A stretch of 64,000 nt of DNA, from contig JBBEBH010000020.1 of assembly GCA_040882445.1 (NCBI GenBank), forward strand, positions 43,023 to 107,022, written 5' to 3'. Of the stretch, positions 29,987 through 39,768 are shown in pieces. This DNA comes from Ferruginibacter sp. Lineage in GTDB: Bacteria; Bacteroidota; Bacteroidia; Chitinophagales; Chitinophagaceae. Position 1 is the stretch's first letter. Each line of letters starts with the position of its first letter. A program made the position numbers and the translations under genes. The notes under the pieces were generated by a model. It did no database searches. It saw nothing but the letters and a program-made list of their open reading frames with translations, and was not told the DNA's origin.

Positions 29987-30685
29987 TTAATTTTCAAACA
30001 GTTTGTTATCTACTGCAACATTTGTAGAAATTTTATCAAAAACAATGGTTCCATTTGAACTAGTGATGGAATAAGGAAACCAGTATCCATCTGCGTTTTG
30101 TTTGTAGTCTGCAAAAACACTTTCCATATCTACTTCACCTTCTGGGCCAGCTACTTTGCTGGTAGATTTTAAAACGAAAAAGGTTTTAGCGTCTACAAAC
30201 ATATGAGTCACTTTTCCGTCGCGGGTTACTTTTAGTTTAAAAGCATCGTTGTTATCTACTTTATCATCTCCTACCAATTCCACAGTTATACCCTTTGCTT
30301 TGTAATCAACAAGTGCACCCCGAATATCAAATTGGTTCGCAATTCCTGAAAATTGATCAGGCGTCATTTCTTGTGGTTCGGTTTGACCCATAATTGGCAT
30401 AAACACCCACCCTTTGGTTTTATTAGCTAATTGATAGTTGGATGATCCCATGATTTCCATATCCATTCTCAAACCTTCTTGATGTTTTGTGGTCATCACA
30501 ATCGCAACATCAGTACCCTGAACATTTAGATTGCCTTCCATTTTTACTGTTTTTAAGGAATTAAGTTTTTCTATGCCACCCATCGCTGAAATATGCTTGT
30601 TTAAGATATCATCAACAGATTGTGCATTTACGCCTACAGTAGTCATCAAAAAGATGGCTATAAAAATTGTTTTAATTGTCTTCAT
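29987..30685 (-). CDS. Outer-membrane lipoprotein-sorting (LolA-like) family protein, secreted
   Basis: Start moved to MKTIKTIFIAIFLMTTVGVNAQ. SVDDILNKHISAMGGIEKLNSLKTVKMEG resembles LolA-like or DUF4367-type proteins. Confidence 0.55.
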   Translation of the reverse strand: MKTIKTIFIAIFLMTTVGVNAQSVDDILNKHISAMGGIEKLNSLKTVKMEGNLNVQGTDVAIVMTTKHQEGLRMDMEIMGSSNYQLANKTKGWVFMPIMGQTEPQEMTPDQFSGIANQFDIRGALVDYKAKGITVELVGDDKVDNNDAFKLKVTRDGKVTHMFVDAKTFFVLKSTSKVAGPEGEVDMESVFADYKQNADGYWFPYSITSSNGTIVFDKISTNVAVDNKLFEN

Positions 30686-30831
30686 TGTTTCTTGTTTTAA
30701 ATTTGAAGGATAAACTGATTTTTTACCCATTTATTAGAAGGCAAGATACAGTAAAAAATGAATGAAACATTTTTTGTATACTACCTTTCAATAACAAAAA
30801 ATTACCTTTCATAAAACAGTATATCAGCAAC

Positions 30832-32496
30832 ATGAAACAATCTAACTTTAGCATAACCGCCAATATCATTGATATCCTTGATAAAAGAATATTTTATGGT
30901 AGCATTGATATTCAATCAGGTAAAATTGAAAATATTCAACTCATTTCAGAAATTCCTGATATGGATGCTATGTTTATATGTTCGGGCTTTATAGATAGTC
31001 ACGTACACATTGAAAGTAGTATGTTGGTGCCTTCGGAATTTGCAAAATTAGCGGTAGTTCATGGTACAACAGGCACTATCAGCGATCCACATGAAATTGC
31101 CAATGTTTGTGGGTTAGAAGGTGTTCGTTACATGATCAGCAATGGCCAAACAGTACCCTTCAAATTTCATTTTGGTGCCCCCAGTTGTGTACCTGCCACC
31201 TCATTTGAAACAGCTGGCGCTACCTTAGATATATCAGAAGTGGAAGCACTTTTATCGAGGCCCGACATAAAATATTTGAGTGAGATGATGAATTTTCCTG
31301 GGGTGCTTCACAAAGATGTGACGGTGATGCATAAAATAGCAGCGGCTCAAAAATATGGTAAGCCGGTAGATGGCCATGCTCCAGGTTTAATGGGGGCAGA
31401 AGCCAAAGCATATATTGAAGCAGGCATCAGTACAGACCATGAATGTTTTACTGCAGAAGAAGCTTTAGATAAACTGCAGTATGGTATGAAGATTTTAATT
31501 AGGGAGGGTAGTGCAGCTAAAAATTTTGAAGCGCTGGTTCCACTGATGCATGAACACTGGGAACACATGATGTTTTGTAGTGACGACAAACATCCAGACA
31601 GTTTGGTAGATGGACATATCAACCAGCTTTGTGCCAGAGCAGTGAAATATGGGATCGATCTTTTTAAAGTACTGCAGGTAGCTTGTATTAACCCTGTATT
31701 GCATTACAAAATGAACAATGGCATTCTTAGAAAAGGAGATCCGGCAGATTTTATTTTACTCAAAAACTTGCAAGAATTTGAAGTAGCTGCCACTTATATT
31801 GACGGCAGACTAGTGGCCGAAAATGGACAGTCATTGATAACCACTCAAACTGCTGCTGTTATCAATGAATTTCATTGTGCTGAAAAAAAGATAGCTGATT
31901 TTGCAATGGTTGCTGATAAAAATACCATCAAAATAGCGGTGATAGAAGCATTAGAAGGACAACTCATCACCAATAAATTATGGTTGCCAGCAACCATAAG
32001 AGATGGATGCTTAGTGAGCAATACCAAAACAGACCTGTTAAAAATTGTAGTGGTAAACCGATATAGAAATGCACCTATCGCCAAAGCATTTATCAAAAAT
32101 ATGGGCTTAAAAAATGGCGCCATGGCTTCATCGGTAGCACACGATAGTCACAACATTGTGGCCGTAGGTGTTTCAGACGAAAGTATTTGTGCCGCAGTGA
32201 ACCTTATCATCCAAAAAAAAGGTGGCGTGAGCGCGGTAGGTATTGATACAAACAACCAATACCAAGAAATGGTATTGGGTTTACCGGTAGCAGGTTTGAT
32301 GAGTACAGAAGATGGATATGAAGTGGCTAATAAATATACCATGATTGATCGCTTTACAAAAGAAGCATTGGGTAGTACAATGGCAGCGCCATTCATGACT
32401 TTGTCGTTTATGGCCTTGTTGGTCATTCCGCATTTGAAACTAAGCGACAAAGGACTGTTTGATGGAGATCTGTTTGAATTAATAGAGGAAGTATGA
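30832..32496 (+). CDS. ade: Adenine deaminase
   Basis: 554 aa. Amidohydrolase metal site [12 protein letters not shown], and length and C-terminal domain typical of Ade. Confidence 0.9.
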   Translation: MKQSNFSITANIIDILDKRIFYGSIDIQSGKIENIQLISEIPDMDAMFICSGFIDSHVHIESSMLVPSEFAKLAVVHGTTGTISDPHEIANVCGLEGVRYMISNGQTVPFKFHFGAPSCVPATSFETAGATLDISEVEALLSRPDIKYLSEMMNFPGVLHKDVTVMHKIAAAQKYGKPVDGHAPGLMGAEAKAYIEAGISTDHECFTAEEALDKLQYGMKILIREGSAAKNFEALVPLMHEHWEHMMFCSDDKHPDSLVDGHINQLCARAVKYGIDLFKVLQVACINPVLHYKMNNGILRKGDPADFILLKNLQEFEVAATYIDGRLVAENGQSLITTQTAAVINEFHCAEKKIADFAMVADKNTIKIAVIEALEGQLITNKLWLPATIRDGCLVSNTKTDLLKIVVVNRYRNAPIAKAFIKNMGLKNGAMASSVAHDSHNIVAVGVSDESICAAVNLIIQKKGGVSAVGIDTNNQYQEMVLGLPVAGLMSTEDGYEVANKYTMIDRFTKEALGSTMAAPFMTLSFMALLVIPHLKLSDKGLFDGDLFELIEEV

Positions 32497-32506
32497 TATT
32501 AAAGTC

Positions 32507-32923
32507 TCAATACTTTGCCGACAACACCTTCATGGCAACACTGTCGGTTCCCTTGGGTGCAAAGTATTTTGATTTAAAATTTATGTTACTGCCCGGTGCC
32601 ACATCTTCGTAAATCATTTCTTGATCTTCCATCAGTAGAACACCAGTTTTACTATAAAAAGATAACTGAATATCTATATCTTTAAAAGTAACCATTTTTG
32701 CCTTGTTGCTTATTTTACCTTTGACCACCGTTTGACCCATCAGGTTTTTTTTATCCGCTCCGCTTACTTTTAAAAAATTAATAGGTGATTTCTTTTCTAA
32801 GTCTTCTATCGATAAAGTAACTTCTTCGTATTTTTTTTGAGATTCCTTTTGTTGTTTTTCGTTGCTATTGCAAGACAATATAGAAACTAGTATTGCAAAA
32901 ATGGGAAGAATTATTTTTTTCAT
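32507..32923 (-). CDS. Hypothetical lipoprotein
   Basis: 138 aa. Lipobox MKKIILPIFAILVSILSC. No recognised domain. Confidence 0.55.
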   Translation of the reverse strand: MKKIILPIFAILVSILSCNSNEKQQKESQKKYEEVTLSIEDLEKKSPINFLKVSGADKKNLMGQTVVKGKISNKAKMVTFKDIDIQLSFYSKTGVLLMEDQEMIYEDVAPGSNINFKSKYFAPKGTDSVAMKVLSAKY

Positions 32924-32985
32924 GTTGATGGATTCAATGTTAATAAAGAGTCATCAAAAATAAGGAAAGCTCTGTTTATTTGATT

Positions 32986-32993
32986 TAGATTTG
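32986..32993 (+). promoter_or_regulatory. Candidate -7 box TAGATTTG upstream of upp
   Basis: TAnnTTTG match 71 nt upstream of the ATG at 33065. Confidence 0.35.
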
Positions 32994-33064
32994 TATATGT
33001 TCTTCATTATTTTTAACAAATCGGATTGTGACCTTTAAATTCCGGACTAAACATTTTACAGCGT

Positions 33065-33715
33065 ATGGTACATAATCTCAGCAAACAACATTCGTTGGTA
33101 AGTAACTGGGTAAGTGAATTAAGAAATTCAGAAGTGCAACAAGATCGCCTGCGTTTTAGAAGAAACTTAGAGCGCATTGCGGAAGTGATTGGGTATGAGA
33201 TCAGCAAACAACTGCCTTTTACTGAAAAAGAAATCAATACTCCCATGGGTACTTCTACCTGTAAGGTGCTAACAGAACAACCCGTGTTGGCTACTATATT
33301 GAGAGCTGGATTGGCCATGCACAATGGTTTGTTGAATTTTTTCGATCATGCAGACAATGCTTTTCTGAGTGCTTATCGCAAACATCATCCCGATGGAAGT
33401 TTTGAGATCAGTATGGAATACATGAGCTGTCCGGAGTTGGATGGTAGAATTGTGGTGATTAGCGATCCAATGTTGGCCACTGGTGCGTCACTGGTAAAAT
33501 CTATTCAGCATCTCAAAGAAGAAGGCGACATCAAATCTATTCACATCGTGTGTGCCATTGCGTGCTCAGTAGGAATTGAATATGTGTTGAGAGTGGAGCC
33601 AAATGCCACTATTTGGTGTGGAGATATTGATGAAGAACTCACTGCCAAGGGTTACATTGTTCCAGGATTGGGCGATGCAGGCGACCTGGCTTATGGTACT
33701 AAAATTCAACAATAA
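33065..33715 (+). CDS. upp: Uracil phosphoribosyltransferase
   Basis: 216 aa. PRPP-binding loop VVISDPMLATGAS and C-terminal YIVPGLGDAGD. Confidence 0.9.
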   Translation: MVHNLSKQHSLVSNWVSELRNSEVQQDRLRFRRNLERIAEVIGYEISKQLPFTEKEINTPMGTSTCKVLTEQPVLATILRAGLAMHNGLLNFFDHADNAFLSAYRKHHPDGSFEISMEYMSCPELDGRIVVISDPMLATGASLVKSIQHLKEEGDIKSIHIVCAIACSVGIEYVLRVEPNATIWCGDIDEELTAKGYIVPGLGDAGDLAYGTKIQQ

Positions 33716-33918
33716 GGCTTTCTATATCCTAATACGAATCAATATATTAAAAACTAGTATGCCAAGTAAACTACGCCACCTTCGCATTGGTTACTGCATA
33801 CTCAACCACAATGAATAGAATTTTCTAAGTATTTCCCGCAAGTATTTGAAAAGACTACAAATTTTGGTGCAACATTTTGCCTCAATTACTTATCTTTAAT
33901 GCTTGAATTGAGTTAAAA

Positions 33919-34920
33919 ATGAGAAAATACCTTTTAATTGTAATGTGTGTATTGGTGGTTGGAGCTCTGAAAGCGCAGGATCCGCACTTTTCACAATTTT
34001 TTGCATCCCCGTTAACTCTTAACCCTGCGTTTACAGGTAAATTTGATGGTTCTTGGCGATTAGCAGCCAACCACCGCGATCAGTGGCCTTCTATACCAAA
34101 AGCATATGTTACTACTAGCGCTTCTTTCGACTTTCCCATTATGCAAAAGAGGATTCCTGAAAACGATGTATTTGGTGTAGGTATATCAGGAGTATCTGAT
34201 GCTAGTGCAAACAGCCAGTTAAAACTGAACTACGGTTCTTTATCGCTTTCTTATCACAAAGCATTAGACGAAAATGGTTACAACACTATTGGAGCAGGAT
34301 TTCAGGGTACTTATAGCAGTATGAACCTAGATGTTAGTAAACTTACTTTTGAAGATATGCTCACCCAGAATGGATTTACCGGAACAACTTCCGATATTCT
34401 TACCAATGGCAACAACCAAAGCTATTTTGATGTGAATGCCGGGCTACTGTACTCAGGTTCAACCAACGGAGAAAACAACTTTTATCTTGGTGCTTCAATG
34501 TATCATATCAACAGACCAAAAGTAAGTTTTAAAGATAAAAACTGGTTCCTAAGTGGACGTATAACCGTTCATGGTGGTGGAACATTTTTTCTGTCAGATG
34601 TGGTTTCTGTAAGTACTTCAGTTATACACCAAATTCAAAACAAAGCCAGTGAAACCACTTTAGGTGCCGCATTTGGTTTAAACGCCAATAACAACAATGT
34701 AAATCCTACCAACGTGTATATTGGCTCATGGATGCGTATTAACGATGCCCTCATTCCATACATTGGATTAGAATTTAATGGCCTTAGAATTGGTGCTAGT
34801 TATGATGTAAACATTAGTAGCTTAAAAGCAGCCACAGCTAACCGAGGCGGTTCAGAGGTTTCTATCATTTATATCAAAAGACCTGCTGATTCTAAAGGTA
34901 TTCCTTGTCCGAGGTTCTAA
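33919..34920 (+). CDS. PorP/SprF family type IX secretion system membrane protein
   Basis: 333 aa. Signal peptide then QDPHFSQFFASPLTLNPAFTG, the hallmark N-terminus of PorP/SprF beta-barrels. Confidence 0.85.
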   Translation: MRKYLLIVMCVLVVGALKAQDPHFSQFFASPLTLNPAFTGKFDGSWRLAANHRDQWPSIPKAYVTTSASFDFPIMQKRIPENDVFGVGISGVSDASANSQLKLNYGSLSLSYHKALDENGYNTIGAGFQGTYSSMNLDVSKLTFEDMLTQNGFTGTTSDILTNGNNQSYFDVNAGLLYSGSTNGENNFYLGASMYHINRPKVSFKDKNWFLSGRITVHGGGTFFLSDVVSVSTSVIHQIQNKASETTLGAAFGLNANNNNVNPTNVYIGSWMRINDALIPYIGLEFNGLRIGASYDVNISSLKAATANRGGSEVSIIYIKRPADSKGIPCPRF

Positions 34921-34936
34921 ATGTATTTGATACATT

Positions 34937-34968
34937 AAAAAAGCGATCTCTAAATAGATCGCTTTTTT
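34937..34968 (+). terminator. Rho-independent terminator after the porP/sprF-like gene
   Basis: aaaaaagcgatct ctaaat agatcgctttttt. Confidence 0.8.
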
Positions 34969-35185
34969 AATGCAACTATTTTGTGCAAAAAGTAACAAGA
35001 ATATAATAAGTAGATGATGTCTTAAAATTTTCACTTTACTTCTATACTACCATTGGGTTACTTCTAATTTTTTTAAACATTGTGAATGAATCCAATCAGC
35101 TATTCAGATTGTGTGAAACAATTTTAATTTCGATGCATTAACTTGCAAGAACCTGCGAATTTTAAAATAAAGTAATACACAACTT

Positions 35186-35959
35186 ATGCTAAAAGAAATC
35201 ATCATCTCTTTTCAATCATACATGCAGGCTCATCAATTTATTGTGAAACACCGAATGTGGAAATGGATTCTGATTCCAGGTTTAGTATATGCACTTTTGT
35301 TTATGGGAGGTATTTATTTATTCTGGACTAGTAGCAATACCGCCATTGAATTTATTTTAGTTCAATCGGGTGTAAAAGCCTGGTTGGATAAAATACAAGA
35401 AAGTTGGATAAATTTTTTATTCATCATTGGACAAATTATTTTGCGGCTAGTGCTTTTATTTTTCTACTTCTCCTTGTTCAAATTTTTATTTTTGATTTTA
35501 GGTTCCCCTTTATTTGCCTACCTGAGCGAGAAAACAGAAAGTATCATGGAAGGAAGAGAGTATAACTTCTATTTCAAACAGTTTGTTAAAGATATCGGAA
35601 GGGGTATCAAGATTGCATTAAGAAACCTGTTATGGCAAACGGTATATGTAGTGAGTATTCTCATCATGTCTTTTATTCCATTGTTTGGATGGATAGCCCC
35701 ATTGGTAGCCTTAATGGTAGAATGTTATTATTTTGGTTTCTCCATGCTAGATTACAGCAGTGAACGCAATAAATTATCAGCATCCCAAAGCATTGAATTC
35801 ATTGGCAGACACAAGGGCTTAGCCATTGGAAATGGAATGTTGTTCTACCTCATGCACTTAGTGCCATTTATAGGTTGGTTTTTGGCACCTAGTTATGCCG
35901 TAATTGCCGCCACCATTAGTTTACTTTCTGCCCGTAAAAAACAGGTAATTATATCATAA
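35186..35959 (+). CDS. EI24/CysZ-like integral membrane protein
   Basis: 257 aa with multiple TM segments. Overall pattern resembles EI24-domain proteins. Confidence 0.55.
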   Translation: MLKEIIISFQSYMQAHQFIVKHRMWKWILIPGLVYALLFMGGIYLFWTSSNTAIEFILVQSGVKAWLDKIQESWINFLFIIGQIILRLVLLFFYFSLFKFLFLILGSPLFAYLSEKTESIMEGREYNFYFKQFVKDIGRGIKIALRNLLWQTVYVVSILIMSFIPLFGWIAPLVALMVECYYFGFSMLDYSSERNKLSASQSIEFIGRHKGLAIGNGMLFYLMHLVPFIGWFLAPSYAVIAATISLLSARKKQVIIS

Positions 35960-35960
35960 G

Positions 35961-36662
35961 ATGACCAGCATTTATTTAATACCATGTACATTAGCAGATG
36001 ATGCCTCAGCTACCATTCCACCATACGTAATGGATGCGGTGAAAGATTCAAGCGTCATATTTGCAGAAAACGAAAGAACGGCCAGAAGGTTTTTAAAACT
36101 GATGGACAAAACAATTGTGATTGATAATTTTGAATGGTTCGGCATTCAGAAAGCGGAGGAGAATATATTAGCTATTTTTCGACAAAAAATAAAAGAACAA
36201 AAAAATATTGCTATCATCAGCGAAGCGGGTTGTCCTGGTATTGCAGACCCTGGTCAGTTACTTATAGCGGCTGCTCATGAAATGAATTGCCTAGTAAAAC
36301 CATTGGTAGGGCCAAGTTCTATATTACTTTCTCTTATGGCAAGTGGTATGAACGGACAGCAATTTGAGTTTGTTGGCTACCTACCTATCGACAATTTTGA
36401 AAGAAACAAAAAAATAAAAGAACTAGAAGCAGCTTCTGTAAAACAAAATAGCACAAAAATTTTTATAGAAACGCCCTACCGAAACAATCAATTGATGGAG
36501 TCATTGATAAAAAACTGTCTGCCACAAACCAAACTTTGTGTAGCAGTAAACATCACCGCTGTTGATGAAAATATTAAAACCTTTACGATTGCGCAATGGA
36601 AAATAAAAAAGCCAGAGCTTCATAAGCTTCCGGCTATCTTTTTATTGTATGCAGGTAAATAA
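35961..36662 (+). CDS. SAM-dependent methyltransferase, tetrapyrrole-methylase (RsmI-like) fold
   Basis: 233 aa. IYLIPCTL...FAENERTARRFL and ISEAGCPGIADPG motifs. Starts 1 nt after the upstream stop codon. Confidence 0.7.
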   Translation: MTSIYLIPCTLADDASATIPPYVMDAVKDSSVIFAENERTARRFLKLMDKTIVIDNFEWFGIQKAEENILAIFRQKIKEQKNIAIISEAGCPGIADPGQLLIAAAHEMNCLVKPLVGPSSILLSLMASGMNGQQFEFVGYLPIDNFERNKKIKELEAASVKQNSTKIFIETPYRNNQLMESLIKNCLPQTKLCVAVNITAVDENIKTFTIAQWKIKKPELHKLPAIFLLYAGK

Positions 36663-36664
36663 AA

Positions 36665-37120
36665 TCACCTCGCTACTTTTTCCATTTTAATTATTTTATC
36701 AACTATATAAGGGCTAAAACCTCTCCAAGGCAAGGTTCCTTTATATTCTTTGTAGCTGAGATCAAAATAACTGCCGCTGTTTTGCATGAGGATATTGGCA
36801 ATGCTGTCATCTACTACCGAAAATTCAAATTCATACGACTGAACAGTACCTGCTACTTTGGATTTAAAGCCAGACTGAATTAATTTGCCTTCATACGTTT
36901 TAAAGAAATTTCCTTTTTTAACAACGTAATTGAGTTCGCCCGATTTCACACCTTCGCCAAAAACATAAAAATATTGCCACCAAATAATGAGCGCCATAGC
37001 CAAAATGGATATGATAAAAAATATTCGCATAAATTTTTTAAAACTACTTATTGTTCTTTTAATTCTTGAAGGGGCTGGTTTTTCTGATTGAATTGGTTGT
37101 GATGATTGAACTGGTTCCAT
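36665..37120 (-). CDS. Hypothetical membrane-anchored protein
   Basis: 151 aa with a single TM segment (IFFIISILAMALIIWW). No recognised domain. Confidence 0.5.
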   Translation of the reverse strand: MEPVQSSQPIQSEKPAPSRIKRTISSFKKFMRIFFIISILAMALIIWWQYFYVFGEGVKSGELNYVVKKGNFFKTYEGKLIQSGFKSKVAGTVQSYEFEFSVVDDSIANILMQNSGSYFDLSYKEYKGTLPWRGFSPYIVDKIIKMEKVAR

Positions 37121-37156
37121 ATAATTTAATTATATTTCAAAAGTAATAAAACAAAT

Positions 37157-38530
37157 CTACAATCCATATTCACTTACCAACCAAATGAGTGCAGCCATAT
37201 TGAGGGCTCCTAAATCAAGTTCTCTTTTACTCACCGATTCAAATGTATCACTGGCTGCATGGTGCACATCAAAGTACCGTTGACTATCGGGAGATAAGCC
37301 GGCTAATGCAGTTCCCAATTGCTTTAAAGGGCCTATATCTGCACCGCCTCCTCCTTTAACAAAATCATTTACGCCGTATTCAAAAAAAAGTGGTTTCCAC
37401 TGCAATAATTTGTTCATTATTTCATCAGAAACATCAAAACCAAATCCACGAGGCGTAAAACCACCCGCATCACTTTCGAGGGCAAAAACATGTTGTTCAT
37501 TATTATCTTTTGCCGCTTTAAGGTAAGCTAGCCCCCCTCTCAAACCATTTTCTTCATTCATAAACATCACCGCTCTCACTGTTCTTTTGGGTTGAATCCC
37601 TAACTTTTTAAATGTGCGCAGTACCTCAATACTCTGCACACATCCTGCCCCATCGTCGTGAGCACCTTCACAGATATCCCAGCTATCAAGGTGCCCTCCA
37701 ACGGTAATTATTTCTTTTGAATACTCAGTACCCCGAATTTCACCCACCACATTATAAGAAAGTACATCGGGCAGTATCCTACAATTGGTTTTAAAATAAG
37801 CATTTAAATCAACCCGTTTTTTTAATTGAGAGCTCAACCATTCTGCATCTTTAGTGCTGATAGCCACAGCAGGAATTTTCGGAAATGAATCGTTGTAAAC
37901 AGTAGCACCTGTATGCGGATACTCGTCTACGTTACTTGCTAATGATCTTACCATTACTCCGATTGCCCCATATTTGGCAGCTTGTGAAGGCCCAGATCTT
38001 CTCCCTACCCCCGATTCGCTGTATGCTCTAAATGTTTTGATGTACACCGGATTCATAGGGATATTAAAAAATATAATTTTGCCTTTTACCCCTTTTTCAC
38101 CAAGCTGGTGTAACTCCTCCATACTCTGCACTTCAATCACTAAACTTCGAATACCAGCAGCCACTGTTCCTACAGAATTACCCAATGCAGTTAACTTTAA
38201 AGGATACTTTGTACCATTGGCCAATTGAATAAAACCAGTTTCTTTGGCACCTCGCACCCAGTGAGGTACCATGCAGGGTTGAAAATACACTGTATCTGCC
38301 CCGGCTTCTTTCATCATCTTGGCAGTAGCTTCTACCGCTTTTTGTGCGTTGGCAGACCCACTGAGCCTTGGACCAATTTTTTTAGTAAGGTAACGTAGGT
38401 TCTCATAAGCACTGCTATTCGTCATCACTTCTGAGGCTATTCTTTTTATTTCATCTGCATTTTTATCTTGGGCAAACAGCAAATTGGTGATTAGCAATTG
38501 AAGAAAAAGTAAAAAAAATCTTTTGATCAT
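37157..38530 (-). CDS. M28 family metallopeptidase (aminopeptidase)
   Basis: 457 aa with a signal peptide. Zinc ligand blocks GGHLDSW, HDDGAGC, NEENGLRG, and a late H. Confidence 0.85.
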   Translation of the reverse strand: MIKRFFLLFLQLLITNLLFAQDKNADEIKRIASEVMTNSSAYENLRYLTKKIGPRLSGSANAQKAVEATAKMMKEAGADTVYFQPCMVPHWVRGAKETGFIQLANGTKYPLKLTALGNSVGTVAAGIRSLVIEVQSMEELHQLGEKGVKGKIIFFNIPMNPVYIKTFRAYSESGVGRRSGPSQAAKYGAIGVMVRSLASNVDEYPHTGATVYNDSFPKIPAVAISTKDAEWLSSQLKKRVDLNAYFKTNCRILPDVLSYNVVGEIRGTEYSKEIITVGGHLDSWDICEGAHDDGAGCVQSIEVLRTFKKLGIQPKRTVRAVMFMNEENGLRGGLAYLKAAKDNNEQHVFALESDAGGFTPRGFGFDVSDEIMNKLLQWKPLFFEYGVNDFVKGGGGADIGPLKQLGTALAGLSPDSQRYFDVHHAASDTFESVSKRELDLGALNMAALIWLVSEYGL

Positions 38531-38546
38531 ATTTCTAGTTTATCAA

Positions 38547-38554
38547 CAAACTTA
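38547..38554 (-). promoter_or_regulatory. Candidate -7 box TAAGTTTG (minus strand) for the M28 peptidase gene
   Basis: TAnnTTTG match ending 16 nt upstream of the ATG at 38530. Confidence 0.5.
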
Positions 38555-38646
38555 GGATTTTACCATCAATCCATTTAAATTAAAAAAAGAAAAGTATTCC
38601 CGTAAATTGCAACTCAATAAATGACCACCATTTTTAAACCATTGAT

Positions 38647-39768
38647 ATGAATATAGCTATCGTTTGCTACCCTACCTTTGGAGGTAGTGGTGTACTGGCA
38701 ACAGAGCTGGGTAAAGCGCTTGCAGATAAAAACCACAACATACATTTTATCACTTACCAACAGCCCGTAAGATTGGCTGGTTTTCATGCCAATATATTTT
38801 ACCACGAAGTAAGGGTTCCCACATATCCCCTTTTTGATTACCCACCTTACGAAACAGCTTTGGCATCAACGATGGTTGATATTGTTTCCAACCACGATAT
38901 TGATATACTGCATGTACATTATGCTATTCCACATGCTGCGGCTGCATACATGGCGAAACAGATTTTGGCCAAACAGCATAAAATAATTCCGGTCATCACC
39001 ACCTTACATGGAACCGATATAACACTGGTTGGCCGTGATAAGACCTATCGTCCGGTGGTAACATTTTCGATGGAAGAAAGTGATATTTTGACCGCTGTTT
39101 CTCAAAACCTTAAAAGTGAAACCTATAAAAATTTTACCATCAATAAAGCAATTGAGGTAATTTACAATTTCGTAGATGTAGAACGTTTTCACAAAAAACC
39201 GGTAGATGCTTTTAAAAAGCTCATCGCTCCAAATGGAGAAAAAATAATTGTACACGCTTCTAACTTTAGAAAAGTAAAAAGAGTGGATGATGTATTGGAA
39301 ACTTTTCTCTTGCTACACAAAACCATTCCATCTAAACTCTTATTAATTGGGGATGGTCCCGAAAGAGGTCGTATTGAACAAATGACACGTGATAGTGAAT
39401 ATGGGCATGAAATAAAATTCTTGGGTAAACAAGAGCAGATGGAAGACATTTTACCCATCGCCGATTTATTTTTATTACCGAGTGAATATGAGAGTTTTGG
39501 ATTGGCAGCCCTAGAAGCCATGGCAGCAGAAGTACCGGTTATTTCTACCAACGCAGGCGGCTTGCCAGAGATCAATATAGATGGCTACTGCGGATATATG
39601 AGTGATGTGGGCGATGTTACAAGCATGAGTAAAAATGCCATTAAGATCTTAGAAAATGAAACCACTTTCCAACAATTTAAACTGAATGCATTGGCACAAG
39701 CGCGCAAATTCGACATCAACAATATTGTGCCGCAGTATGAAAAATTGTATGAAAGACTATTGAAATAA
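38647..39768 (+). CDS. bshA: N-acetyl-alpha-D-glucosaminyl L-malate synthase (GT4, bacillithiol biosynthesis)
   Basis: 373 aa. MNIAIVCYPTFGGSGVLATELGKALA start typical of BshA, and a GT4 E-x7-E region (SEYESFGLAALEAMA). Confidence 0.8.
   Translation: MNIAIVCYPTFGGSGVLATELGKALADKNHNIHFITYQQPVRLAGFHANIFYHEVRVPTYPLFDYPPYETALASTMVDIVSNHDIDILHVHYAIPHAAAAYMAKQILAKQHKIIPVITTLHGTDITLVGRDKTYRPVVTFSMEESDILTAVSQNLKSETYKNFTINKAIEVIYNFVDVERFHKKPVDAFKKLIAPNGEKIIVHASNFRKVKRVDDVLETFLLLHKTIPSKLLLIGDGPERGRIEQMTRDSEYGHEIKFLGKQEQMEDILPIADLFLLPSEYESFGLAALEAMAAEVPVISTNAGGLPEINIDGYCGYMSDVGDVTSMSKNAIKILENETTFQQFKLNALAQARKFDINNIVPQYEKLYERLLK

Noticed and set aside
30731-30831. Purine riboswitch upstream of the adenine deaminase gene.
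   Set aside because: The conserved purine-riboswitch core (three-way junction with U-rich loops) is not discernible. The spacer is simple AT-rich sequence.
33013-33324. 103-aa minus-strand ORF overlapping the start of upp. A related case is the 71-aa plus-strand ORF at 33603-33818, which overlaps the 3-prime end of upp and runs into the downstream spacer.
   Set aside because: Both overlap the well-supported upp gene or run through non-coding spacer. They have no motifs and an odd composition.
39189-39575. 128-aa antisense ORF inside bshA. Similar shadow ORFs lie at 40184-40606, 8853-9221, 15538-15891, 16105-16449, 24679-25044, 54710-55054, 56819-57217 and 60634-60972.
   Set aside because: Each lies fully inside a well-supported gene on the opposite strand. 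They have low-complexity Ser/Ala/Leu-rich translations and no promoter box or signal features. These are typical stop-poor antisense frames.
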